A stretch of 64,000 nucleotides of DNA from Myxococcales bacterium (GTDB lineage: Bacteria; Myxococcota_A; Polyangia; Fen-1088): the NCBI GenBank assembly GCA_031423255.1, contig JANPFD010000236.1, positions 171,180 through 235,179 of the forward strand, written 5' to 3'. The position numbers were made by a program, and so were the translations under genes. Below are positions 25,284-33,778 of this stretch, in pieces. The notes beneath the pieces are model-generated. The model had not been told where the DNA came from. It ran no database searches and worked only from the letters and a program-made list of their open reading frames with translations. Position 1 is the first letter of the stretch, and each line of letters begins with the position of its first letter.

Positions 25284-25706
25284 ATGATTCGCGGCCCCAT
25301 GGCGCACGCACCCAAGCACGTACGCGTGGTCGCTGCCGTCATCGAGCGGGACGGCAACTACCTCATCACGCAGCGGAGGCCGTCCGCGGTCCTGGGCGGG
25401 TTGTGGGAGTTCCCGGGCGGCAAGGTGGAGACGAACGAGTCGGACGAGCAGGCGCTGGTAAGGGAGCTCCGCGAACGCGTCGGCGTCGACGTCACCATCA
25501 AGGGCCGCGTCGCCCAGCGCCAGCACACGTACGACGGGTACTCGGTCGAGCTGAGCCTCTACCAGGCGACGATCACACCGGGACAGGAGCCGCACGCTGC
25601 CAAGGTGGCGGACTTCCGCTGGGTGGCCTCGTCGGACTTCGAGAAGTACCCGTTCCCGGCGGCTGATCAGGCGACCATGGATCTGCTCCTCGGGGTCAAG
25701 CGTTAG
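25284..25706 (+). CDS. NUDIX hydrolase (MutT-like)
   Basis: Nudix box GG.WEFPGGKVE..ES...ALVRELRERVGV. Confidence 0.8.
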   Translation: MIRGPMAHAPKHVRVVAAVIERDGNYLITQRRPSAVLGGLWEFPGGKVETNESDEQALVRELRERVGVDVTIKGRVAQRQHTYDGYSVELSLYQATITPGQEPHAAKVADFRWVASSDFEKYPFPAADQATMDLLLGVKR

Positions 25707-25708
25707 TG

Positions 25709-26593
25709 GCGCCAGTCCGGTCCATTCGCTCACCCACCCCCACGTTGAAGTCGCTCGATCCGGCGGCGGCACGCTGGATAGGCGCTCTCATCCGGGTGTC
25801 GGCGGCGCACCCGGCGATGACCCGTATCCTCGACGTCATCGTGAGGTTGCAGGAGCACCCGTACCGCACCTAGTTCGTCGTTCTGGGCGAGCCGGGCACC
25901 GGCAAGGAGGGGCTGGCGCGGGCGCTCCACCAGTTGCTCTCGCCGCGAGGGCCCCTGGTCCGCCTCGACGTGGCTGGCTTTCCCGAGGATGCGGCGCTGG
26001 AGGCGCTGTGCGGGACGCTGAAGGAACCGGGCGCCGCCGAGTCCGCCGACGGCGGCACCCTGGTGATCGAGGAACTGACGGCGATGCCACTGCGCGCCCA
26101 GGAGGCGCTGTTGCGGCTGCTCAAGGCCGGACGTTGCCGCCGGGTCGGCCAGAGCAAGGACCTGCCGCAACGTCTGACCGTGAACGCCATCGCCCTGTCG
26201 GACCACCCGATCGAGCGCGCCGTGACCGAGGGGCGCGTCCGCCACGATCTCTACTACCGCCTGGCGCGCGTGGTGCTGTGGCTGCCGCCGCTGCGCGACC
26301 GCTCCGACGACATCGGCCCGGCGGCGGTCTGGATGGGTAACCGCATCCTGGCCGCCGCGCAGGTGCCGCTGGAAGTGCGCACCACCGAGGACCTGCGCAC
26401 CGCCCCCGAGGCCGAGCGTAGACGGGCCATCGAACTCGACCCGGCTGCGGTGACGGCGCTGCGCGCCCACAGCTGGCCGGGCAACTTCCGCGAACTCGAG
26501 GCCACGCTGGAGCGGGCCCTGCTGCTTTACAGGGCGGGGATGAAGCTGGGCGCGAACGAGATCAAGGCGGCGCTGGAGTCTCCGACCGGTTGA
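25709..26593 (+). pseudogene. Stand-alone sigma54-activator-like AAA+ domain protein (no receiver, no HTH, GAFTGA loop replaced) interrupted by an in-frame TAG at 25871-25873
   Basis: Walker A (FVVLGEPGTGKE), the DLYYRL...LPPLRDRSDDI motif and the C-terminal WPGNFRELE motif are all present. The ESELFGHEKGAFTGA region reads EALCGTLKEPGAAES instead. An in-frame TAG lies between IVRLQEHPYRT and FVVLGEPGTGKE. The ORF-track ORF 25934.. begins at a TTG downstream of the Walker A. Confidence 0.5.
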
Positions 26594-27878
26594 CGGAGGC
26601 CGGATCGAAGCGCACGCCGTGCAGCAACAGCGCCCAACGCAGCAGCTTGCGTCGGGGCTGGGCGTATTCGCAGGCATCCGGTCCAGCCTTGTCTGGCAGC
26701 CCCGTGCTGCCCGGTTTCATGAAGCGCACCAGCCAGTCGCCCGCCGCGCGAGCAGCGGCCTCGACGCTGTCCTCTGGCGCACGGGCAAGAAGCGCGTGTG
26801 CGAGGATCACGTCATTCGCGTGCAGGTGGGCATCGCACGCGGGACGCGCACCGAAGAGACCATCCGCCGTCTGCGCGTGGAGCGCTCGCCCGATCTCTGC
26901 GTTACTGGAGGTCGATTCGGTGCCAGCCAGCGCCAGGGCAGCTTCGATCGGCCGCATGCGCTGACTCGCGCCGGCCTGGCCGCGCACCGCGACCGCCGAC
27001 GCTTGCACGGCCTGTCGCACTCCGTGCAAGCGGGGGGCATAGGTATCCGCGAAGCGGCTGCTCGCCACCGCCTCGAGGGCCACCCTGGCCCACGCGAGCC
27101 AGCGCGCCGTGCAGGCCATGTCCCCCGCTATGACCCATTGCGTGCGCGCACTGGGCGCGGTGGCTTCGATCACCGCCCAGCCCTCGTCCATGCGTGCCTT
27201 GTCGCCCAGGGCAGCGCCTGAAACCAGATTCATCACGCCCGTCGAGTGCTCGACGGCGCAGCCCCCCGCCGGCGTGCGGAGTTCGGGCCTCGGGACGCGC
27301 AACGATGCGACCAGCTCATGGGGCGCACGGCGGAGGACCGCGACCAGATTCTCGGTGCGCGGGACGCTCGACGCGACGTCACTGCTCCCGCGTGGTTCCG
27401 GAAGCGCCACGACCGGGCTCGACGGCTGCGGTGCGGATGGCGGCGCGGGTTCAGGCAAAAAGTGTGGAGGGGCGCCGCCGGTCTGCGAGCGGGGCACCGG
27501 AACCTCGCTCGAGCTGATCTCCCCGTGCGCGCGCTCGTGCGGCTGCCGCGCGGCAATCAGAAGCGCCACCGCGATGGCCACACCTGCGGGAACCGTGACC
27601 AGCAGTGTGCGCCGCAGACGCCGCCGCGGCCGCAAGTGCGTAGGTACGTCGGGAGCTGAGCGCGCCGCCACGATCTCCATGCAGCCGAGGTGGACGTCGA
27701 CGTACTCGAAGTAGAGACGTCGCACCTCGGAATCGTCCGCCACCAAGGAGCGCAGGCGACCTCTCTGCTCGGATGACGCCGTCTCATTGCAGACGGCTTC
27801 GAGCAGCGTCCAGATCTCGATCGAGACCTTCTCGCTCACGCTTGCCCTCCGCTGGTCCCCGTCCGCAGCCGCACACAC
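26562..27878 (-). CDS. Anti-sigma factor-like protein (N-terminal anti-sigma domain, one TM helix, large C-terminal domain of unknown function)
   Basis: It overlaps the 3' end of the ECF sigma gene. The N-terminal LLEAVCNETASSEQRGRLRSLVADDSEVRRLYFEYVDVH resembles anti-sigma N-domains, followed by a TM helix (LLVTVPAGVAIAVALLIAA). The start codon is uncertain. Confidence 0.5.
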   Translation of the reverse strand: MCAAADGDQRRASVSEKVSIEIWTLLEAVCNETASSEQRGRLRSLVADDSEVRRLYFEYVDVHLGCMEIVAARSAPDVPTHLRPRRRLRRTLLVTVPAGVAIAVALLIAARQPHERAHGEISSSEVPVPRSQTGGAPPHFLPEPAPPSAPQPSSPVVALPEPRGSSDVASSVPRTENLVAVLRRAPHELVASLRVPRPELRTPAGGCAVEHSTGVMNLVSGAALGDKARMDEGWAVIEATAPSARTQWVIAGDMACTARWLAWARVALEAVASSRFADTYAPRLHGVRQAVQASAVAVRGQAGASQRMRPIEAALALAGTESTSSNAEIGRALHAQTADGLFGARPACDAHLHANDVILAHALLARAPEDSVEAAARAAGDWLVRFMKPGSTGLPDKAGPDACEYAQPRRKLLRWALLLHGVRFDPASVNRSETPAPP

Positions 27879-28378
27879 TGGTGCAGCTTCCGGCGGATCA
27901 AGTTGAGCTGGTTGTAGAGCGTCTGCACCGCCCGGCCCATCCGCTGGGCGACATCCTTCATGGGCTGTTTGTCACGATAGATGCTGTCGAGAAGCCGACG
28001 CTCGTGATCACCCAGAGTGTCGATGCAGGTATTGAGTGCCGCGAGCCGGGCCTCGTGACGGTCGAGGTCCACGGTTCGTTCCTCCGCGACCCTCCCGAGC
28101 AGGTCGTCATCCAGCCAGAGTCGATCGCGGCCAGCGATGCGGCCGAAGTTCGCCACCTGGCGCCAGGCATATCCACAGGCCCAGGTCCGGAACGACGAGC
28201 GCCTGTCCCAGGTATCGAACTTGCGCCACAACGTCTCGCACGTCCGCTGGAACACGTCCTCGGCGTCCGCTCGACGAGGGAGCAGTGAGAAGATGAAGGC
28301 GAAGACTTGCTGCCGGTGCCGCTGCAACTCGGCCACGAACAGGTCTGTCGCGTCTTCGGTCGGCCGGTCCGTGTCCAC
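27836..28378 (-). CDS. ECF-family RNA polymerase sigma factor (sigma-70 regions 2 and 4)
   Basis: Region 2 (DAEDVFQRTCETLWRKFDTWD...FRTWACGYAWRQV) and region 4 (LDSIYRDKQPMKDVAQRMGRAVQTLYNQLNLIRRKL). It starts with GTG at 28378. Confidence 0.85.
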   Translation of the reverse strand: MDTDRPTEDATDLFVAELQRHRQQVFAFIFSLLPRRADAEDVFQRTCETLWRKFDTWDRRSSFRTWACGYAWRQVANFGRIAGRDRLWLDDDLLGRVAEERTVDLDRHEARLAALNTCIDTLGDHERRLLDSIYRDKQPMKDVAQRMGRAVQTLYNQLNLIRRKLHQCVRLRTGTSGGQA

Positions 28379-28387
28379 GCTTGGTCG

Positions 28388-28413
28388 ATGTACGGGCCCT
28401 GCCCGACTTACCG
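28388..28413 (-). promoter_or_regulatory. Motif copy A: CGGTAAGTC-N11-GTACAT (read on the minus strand), ending 9 nt upstream of the ECF sigma start codon; candidate ECF-type promoter/operator
   Basis: Plus strand reads ATGTAC-N11-GACTTACCG at 28388-28413, with the same 17-nt internal spacing as copies B and C. Confidence 0.45.
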
Positions 28414-29118
28414 AACATCGGCGGATTCGCCTGAAGCCCCGAGCGGTGTCGACGCGACGCGTCCAAGCCCCGTCGCGATACTGGCCGCCACCTGCTTGGC
28501 CAGGACGCGCGAGCCCTCGGGCGTGAAGTGGACGTTCACGGGTATCTGGATCTCTTTCAATCTGGGCAGGGCATAGCTGTAGAGATCATCGATGGGAACT
28601 CGATTCTCGAGCATGACCTTCTTCGCCGTCGCGTTGTAGGGGATGACGTCGGCGCTTCGTCGCGCCTTGACGTCGCCGGCAGGCACAGGAGTCGTGCTGC
28701 ACCAGATCAACCGAGCTCGCGTCTTCTCGAGCGTCGTCACGAGCGCCCTCAGATTCTTCTCGTAGTCCCCGAGGGACACCTGGTGGTTTCCGTCGTCCAT
28801 GACCCTGATGTCGTGAAGACCCCAGTTGAAATGGATCACGTCCCACTTGCCGTTTCCGACCCATTCCTCGAGGTGAGTCAATCCGTTGACGGTCGGCCCT
28901 CCGTTCGCTGGAATCCGGTGGACGTTGGCCCTTTCCTTCAGGAGTTCGCGCACCGCAACCGTGTACCCGATGGAGATGGAGTCTCCGATGAGCAGGACGC
29001 GGGGGAGCTTCGGATCGTCGATGACGGGAGCGTAGGCGGCCGCCTTGTCGGTCTTGCTGGCGGCCTGGGCGACGCCGAGCATCGCGACGCATACAGCAGC
29101 GCAAACAGGAATTTTCAT
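28408..29118 (-). CDS. SGNH/GDSL-family hydrolase (secreted)
   Basis: Signal peptide MKIPVCAAVCVAMLGVAQAAS, GDS block LLIGDSIS, and a WGLHD block. ATG at 29118; the upstream ORF-track extension was rejected. Confidence 0.75.
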   Translation of the reverse strand: MKIPVCAAVCVAMLGVAQAASKTDKAAAYAPVIDDPKLPRVLLIGDSISIGYTVAVRELLKERANVHRIPANGGPTVNGLTHLEEWVGNGKWDVIHFNWGLHDIRVMDDGNHQVSLGDYEKNLRALVTTLEKTRARLIWCSTTPVPAGDVKARRSADVIPYNATAKKVMLENRVPIDDLYSYALPRLKEIQIPVNVHFTPEGSRVLAKQVAASIATGLGRVASTPLGASGESADVR

Positions 29119-29127
29119 CTCGGGTTG

Positions 29128-29153
29128 ATGTACAGCCCTGCGCGGACTTACCG
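29128..29153 (-). promoter_or_regulatory. Motif copy B: CGGTAAGTC-N11-GTACAT (minus strand), ending 9 nt upstream of the SGNH hydrolase start codon
   Basis: Plus strand reads ATGTAC AGCCCTGCGCG GACTTACCG. Confidence 0.45.
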
Positions 29154-29172
29154 ACTGCGGGGAACTGACCGC

Positions 29173-29198
29173 CGGTAAGTCTCCCTGGGGTTGTACAT
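29173..29198 (+). promoter_or_regulatory. Motif copy C: CGGTAAGTC-N11-GTACAT (plus strand), 23 nt upstream of the DUF1592 gene start, followed by a GGAGG ribosome-binding site
   Basis: CGGTAAGTC TCCCTGGGGTT GTACAT, in inverted orientation relative to copy B within the same divergent intergenic region. Confidence 0.45.
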
Positions 29199-29221
29199 GA
29201 AGCAATGGACCGCCCCGGAGG

Positions 29222-30895
29222 ATGCTCATGGTTTCATCGACTGTCCGTTACGCGACCGCGGCTTCCGGCCTGATTCTGCTGACGCTGGGCGGTTGCACCG
29301 GCGACATTGGCCCCGCCACGGAGGCCGACCCACCGGGCGGAACGCCGACCCGGTCTGACGAGCCCCCATCGACGAATGCCGATCTCGCCCCGGCCCGCGC
29401 GCGCCGCCTGGCCATTGCCGAGATCCGGAACACCGTCGCGGACATGCTGTTCGCCGGCGCTCTTGGGCGTGTACCCCCGCTGCCGCCGCCCACGAATGAC
29501 GGGTTCGACAACGACACGGCGTTGCTCGGAATGGACATCGGGTTCGTGGAAACGATGAGCGTCTTCGCCGAAGCGACGGCGAACGAGGTGCTGAAGGATC
29601 TCACCCGACTCGCGCCCTGTGATGACCTGCGCATGGTGTCGGGCTGTGGTTCACGGTTCATCGCTACCCACGCGCCACGGCTGTATCGCCGACCAATCGA
29701 ACCCGCCGAGTCGCAGCGCCTGCTGGTTCTGTTCAACGCCGCGCTCGGCTCGGGCACCTACGAGCAGGCAGTGGCGTCGCTGATCCAGATGATGCTGCTC
29801 TCGCCGCAGTTTCTTTACCGCACCGAGCTGGGGTCGCTCCGGGACGCTGCGGGCGTGGTCACCCTGACGTCGTACGAGCGGGCCTCGGCGCTGTCGTACG
29901 GCCTGTGGCGGACGGGGCCCGACGCTCAGTTGCTCGCGGCCGCCCAGACGGCGGCGCTGGACGGCGAGACCGGCCTGCGCACCCAGGTTCTCCGGATGCT
30001 CGATGATCCACGCGCTCGCCCCGCGCTGCGGTCGTTCGTCGTGCAGTGGCTACAGCTGCACCCCATGGACGTCTCGAAGTCCGACCCCGTGTACACGGGC
30101 TCGCTCGCTCGCGCGATGCAGGTCGAGTCCGAGCGTTTCGTCGACGAGGCGCTCTGGGGCACGAACGCAGGGCTAGGAGCGCTCCTCACGTCGACGCGGT
30201 CGTTTGTAAACGGAGAGCTTGCCCGGCTCTATGGCCTGGATGTCTCCTCGACGACGCCGGTCGCCGTCTCGGTTCCCGTCGAACAGCAGCGAGGAGGTGT
30301 CATGGGCCTCCCGGCATTCGTCGCCTCGCACACGCCTCGCGACGCGTTCAGCCCGATCGAGCTTGCCGTCATCGTTCGCGTGCAGATGCTCTGCGCGACT
30401 CTGCCGACGCCTCCCGCCGATGTCCCCGACCCGTCGACCAACGCGAGGATGTCGACCCGCCAGCGGTTCGACCGCCATCGCGCGGATCCCGCCTGCGCCG
30501 GCTGCCACACGCTGCTCGATCCCGTCGGCTTTGCGTTCGAGCGGTTCGGCACGACGGGGCAGTATCGCCTGATCGAGCAACCTTCGGGCGCGATGCTGAC
30601 CGGCGAGGGGCGCCTGACTGCGACGGACGTCGACGGTCCGATCGTGGGCCCCGCCCAGCTCGGACAACGCCTGGCCGAAAGCAAGCAGGCTCGCTCGTGC
30701 GCGGCCGCGCAGACGCTGCGCTACCTGCTGGGCCGACCAACGTCCGTGCCCTCACAACGGACCACCGCCGACGAGCGGACCCTGACGGCAGTGACGGAGA
30801 CGACGTTCGCCGGCGGCGACTTCAAGAAGCTGATGGCGGCACTGGTGCTCTCGGATTCATTCCTGCGCCGCGATGGTTCCCGCTTGCCCAACTGA
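29222..30895 (+). CDS. DUF1592/DUF1588-family lipoprotein (Planctomycete-type PSD-domain protein family)
   Basis: Lipoprotein signal (LLTLGGC). The conserved C-terminal region has a CAGCH motif, which is typical of the DUF1592/1588/1585 family that pairs with DUF1552. Confidence 0.65.
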   Translation: MLMVSSTVRYATAASGLILLTLGGCTGDIGPATEADPPGGTPTRSDEPPSTNADLAPARARRLAIAEIRNTVADMLFAGALGRVPPLPPPTNDGFDNDTALLGMDIGFVETMSVFAEATANEVLKDLTRLAPCDDLRMVSGCGSRFIATHAPRLYRRPIEPAESQRLLVLFNAALGSGTYEQAVASLIQMMLLSPQFLYRTELGSLRDAAGVVTLTSYERASALSYGLWRTGPDAQLLAAAQTAALDGETGLRTQVLRMLDDPRARPALRSFVVQWLQLHPMDVSKSDPVYTGSLARAMQVESERFVDEALWGTNAGLGALLTSTRSFVNGELARLYGLDVSSTTPVAVSVPVEQQRGGVMGLPAFVASHTPRDAFSPIELAVIVRVQMLCATLPTPPADVPDPSTNARMSTRQRFDRHRADPACAGCHTLLDPVGFAFERFGTTGQYRLIEQPSGAMLTGEGRLTATDVDGPIVGPAQLGQRLAESKQARSCAAAQTLRYLLGRPTSVPSQRTTADERTLTAVTETTFAGGDFKKLMAALVLSDSFLRRDGSRLPN

Positions 30896-30907
30896 CAGGA
30901 GGTCCCG

Positions 30908-32290
30908 ATGAGCTCGCGTATCCGCTCCCGACGTCAGCTTCTGCAGACTTTGACCATCGGCACCGGCGTCGCGGCGTTCGCCCCCGCTTTGCGGCCATGG
31001 CGCGTGCGCGAAGCCTACGCGCAGCCGCCATCGGGGCCGCCGAAGCGGATCGTGTTCGTGTTCTTCCCCCACGGGTGGCCGGACCCCACGGACATCGCGA
31101 CGCCCGGCGTGTCGGCCACGGATTTCAAGCTGGGCGCCATCGCCCAGCCGCTCGAGCGGCATAGACGCGATCTGGTCATCCTGGACAACATGGAGTTCAA
31201 GCGCCCCGCCGACCAGGGTTTCCAGCACGGTGTCGGCCGGTGCATGCTGTGGACGGGACGACCGACGCTGGCGACGGACCCGGGGGCGGCCGCGAAGGGG
31301 ATCTCGCTCGACCAGTACCTGGGCAAGGTGGTGGGGACCAAGGTCACCCCTGGCCTTCCTCTCCTCAACCAGCGGCTCTATGACCGGGTCGGGCAGTTGC
31401 TCGAGTGCTCGTACAACGAGAGCGGGGGCGTCGTTCCCGCCAACGCGAACCCGCACGACGTCTACAACAGCGTGTTTCGCAACCTCGTCGTGGGAGGCCC
31501 ACCCAAGAGCGACCCCGTGGCAGACGCCGCGAGCGCACGCAAGAAGTCCGTCCTCGATGCGGTGGCGGCCGAGGTGAATCTCTTTCGCAAGCGTCTTGGA
31601 CCCGAGGATCGGATCCGCGCCGACGCCCAGCTCGAGGCCATCGCCTCGATGGAGGCCAAGGTCGCCGGGCTGCAGGCGCGAGGCGCGTCGTGCAGCAAGC
31701 CGCTGGACAACCTGGCCGTGCCGGTTCCGGATCCGTCGACCCGATCACTGCCTGCCCGGGCCGACCTTCAACTGTCGCTCTTGACCGCGGCCTTCGCCTG
31801 CGATCTCACACGAATCGCCAGCTACCAGGTCATGGGCGGCCAGAACCTTCCGTGCAACTTTTCGCCGGTCTCGAACTCGGCCAACTGGCACAGCCTGTCC
31901 CACGGTGGGAACGACAATTACGCGTCCTTCAGGAACGCCCAGCGCTGGGTATTCTCGCTGGTTGCCGACCTGGCGGATCGTCTGAAGGCCATCCCCGAGG
32001 GCGCAGGGACGATGCTCGACAACACCATCATCGCCATGGGCAGCGAGATCGGACCGCGCCATGTCCTGCACGGCCTGTTCCTGATGAGTCTGGGCGGCAA
32101 GAATCTCGGCATCAGGGTCGGCCAGCACCTGCGCTTTGGTGACGTGCGTGCGTTCGGTCGCGGCCAATCGCACAACCCGTGGCTGGTGTCCCTCATGAAC
32201 GCGATGGGGGTCCCGGGGGATACCTTCGGCGACACCACGGCGCTGGCCGGGCGAGGCTCGCTGCCGGGGTACTGGAGCGCGCCGGCGTGA
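30908..32290 (+). CDS. DUF1552 (HXXSHH-family) protein with a twin-arginine signal
   Basis: Tat-like N-terminus (SRRQLLQTLTIGTGVAAFA), an HSLSHG motif (NWHSLSHGGN), and a position immediately after a DUF1592 gene. Confidence 0.7.
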   Translation: MSSRIRSRRQLLQTLTIGTGVAAFAPALRPWRVREAYAQPPSGPPKRIVFVFFPHGWPDPTDIATPGVSATDFKLGAIAQPLERHRRDLVILDNMEFKRPADQGFQHGVGRCMLWTGRPTLATDPGAAAKGISLDQYLGKVVGTKVTPGLPLLNQRLYDRVGQLLECSYNESGGVVPANANPHDVYNSVFRNLVVGGPPKSDPVADAASARKKSVLDAVAAEVNLFRKRLGPEDRIRADAQLEAIASMEAKVAGLQARGASCSKPLDNLAVPVPDPSTRSLPARADLQLSLLTAAFACDLTRIASYQVMGGQNLPCNFSPVSNSANWHSLSHGGNDNYASFRNAQRWVFSLVADLADRLKAIPEGAGTMLDNTIIAMGSEIGPRHVLHGLFLMSLGGKNLGIRVGQHLRFGDVRAFGRGQSHNPWLVSLMNAMGVPGDTFGDTTALAGRGSLPGYWSAPA

Positions 32291-33778
32291 CGGCGGCATC
32301 GCTGTGTCTCGTCGCCGCGGCGCAGGTGGTCGCGGCCATAGCCGATCCGTCGCCTCGCCCGAACGTGATCTTCATTGCGCGCACACCCCATCTCGATGCC
32401 CTGGCGGCGCGAAGCCTGCGCTTCGACCACGCGTACGCGCAGTATCCGGTATGCAATCCCTCGCGTATCTCGATGCTGACGGGACTGCGGCCCGAGACTT
32501 TCCAGATCTACGACAACCGCACACCGTACCGCGCCAAGATCCCCGAGGCGCTGACGTTGCCGCGCCACTTCCGCGACGGCGGCTACCACACGGTGAAGGT
32601 GGGCAAAGTTTTTCACGACGGGCCAGCGTTCGACGACCCGCGCGCCTGGAACGAAGCTCTGGTTCCGGACGGAGCGCCGGGCTACGAAAAAGGCGAGGGG
32701 CGGCGCATGCTCGAATCCGAGCGGCTGGTGTCGATGGGTGGCATCGGAAGCGCCGGACGAGGCACAGCCGGACGGTGAGACGGCGACCGAGGCCATCCGG
32801 ATCCTCGAGCAAAGCAAGCCGGACAAGAAGCCGCTGTTCCTGGCGCTGGGATTCCGGCGGCCGCACGACCCATTCATCGCGCCCCAGGCGTACTTCGATC
32901 TCTACCCGCTCGAGCGCTTCAACCCATTGTCCCAGACGCGCGGGCCGACCGGCGATCCGCCCCCGGCGATCGAGCATGACGACCGGTTCCCGTTCGACGA
33001 TCGGGACAGGCGTGAGTTCTTGCGTGCTTACTACGCGGGCGTCTCGATGACCGACGCCCAGATCGGACGCGTGATGCGCGCACTCGATCGCCTTGGGATG
33101 GCGGAGGAGACCATCGTCGTCGTCACCAGTGACCACGGGTACCACCTGGGTGAGCGCGGCTGGTGGAACAAGGTGACGCTCTTCGAGCTCTCCACCCGCG
33201 TCCCGCTGATCGTCCGGGCTCCGGGGATGAAAACCGCCGGCCGTACCAGCGTGCGTCTGGTCGAACTCGTGGACCTGTTCCCGACGCTGGCGGACCTGGC
33301 AGGCGTGGCCATCCCGCCGAGCCTCGAGGGACGAAGCTTCCGGCCGTTACTCGCCGATCCGGACCGGCCGTGGAAGGCGGCGGCGCTGACCGTCGTGGCC
33401 CGCGGCTCGATCCTCGGCCGCACCGTCCGTACCGAGCAGCATCGATACACCGAGTGGGATGGCGGACGCGCCGGCCGCGAGCTCTATGACCACGGTCGCG
33501 ATCCGGGCGAGCACCGGAACCTGGCGGCGGATCGTGGACAGGCGGGAACCGTGCGCGCGTTGCACAGCCTACTGAACTCCGGACCCGGGGCTACCGAAAA
33601 AACGTCGTGTGCAGTACCTCCGACAGGAGGTTGCACAGGGCGTGGAACACCGCTCCCGGCGCGATCGAACCCGTACGCGCGCGCATCCACCCGAAGACCA
33701 GCGCCGGAAAGAACACCACGATGCGCGCTGGATCGAAGTCGACCAGCACGTGCCCCAGCGCGAACAACAGGCTGGTGA
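32287..33778 (+). pseudogene. Sulfatase (iduronate-2-sulfatase/arylsulfatase-like) with an in-frame deletion of the metal-binding DD region and a frameshift near 32735
   Basis: The N-terminal frame has a signal peptide, RPNVIFIA-RTPHLDALA (about 15 residues including the VDD...G loop are missing relative to canonical sulfatases), the CNPSR formylglycine motif and GKVFHDG. The reading frame switches to +1 around 32735, and the C-terminal part ([33 protein letters not shown]) continues from there. Confidence 0.6.
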
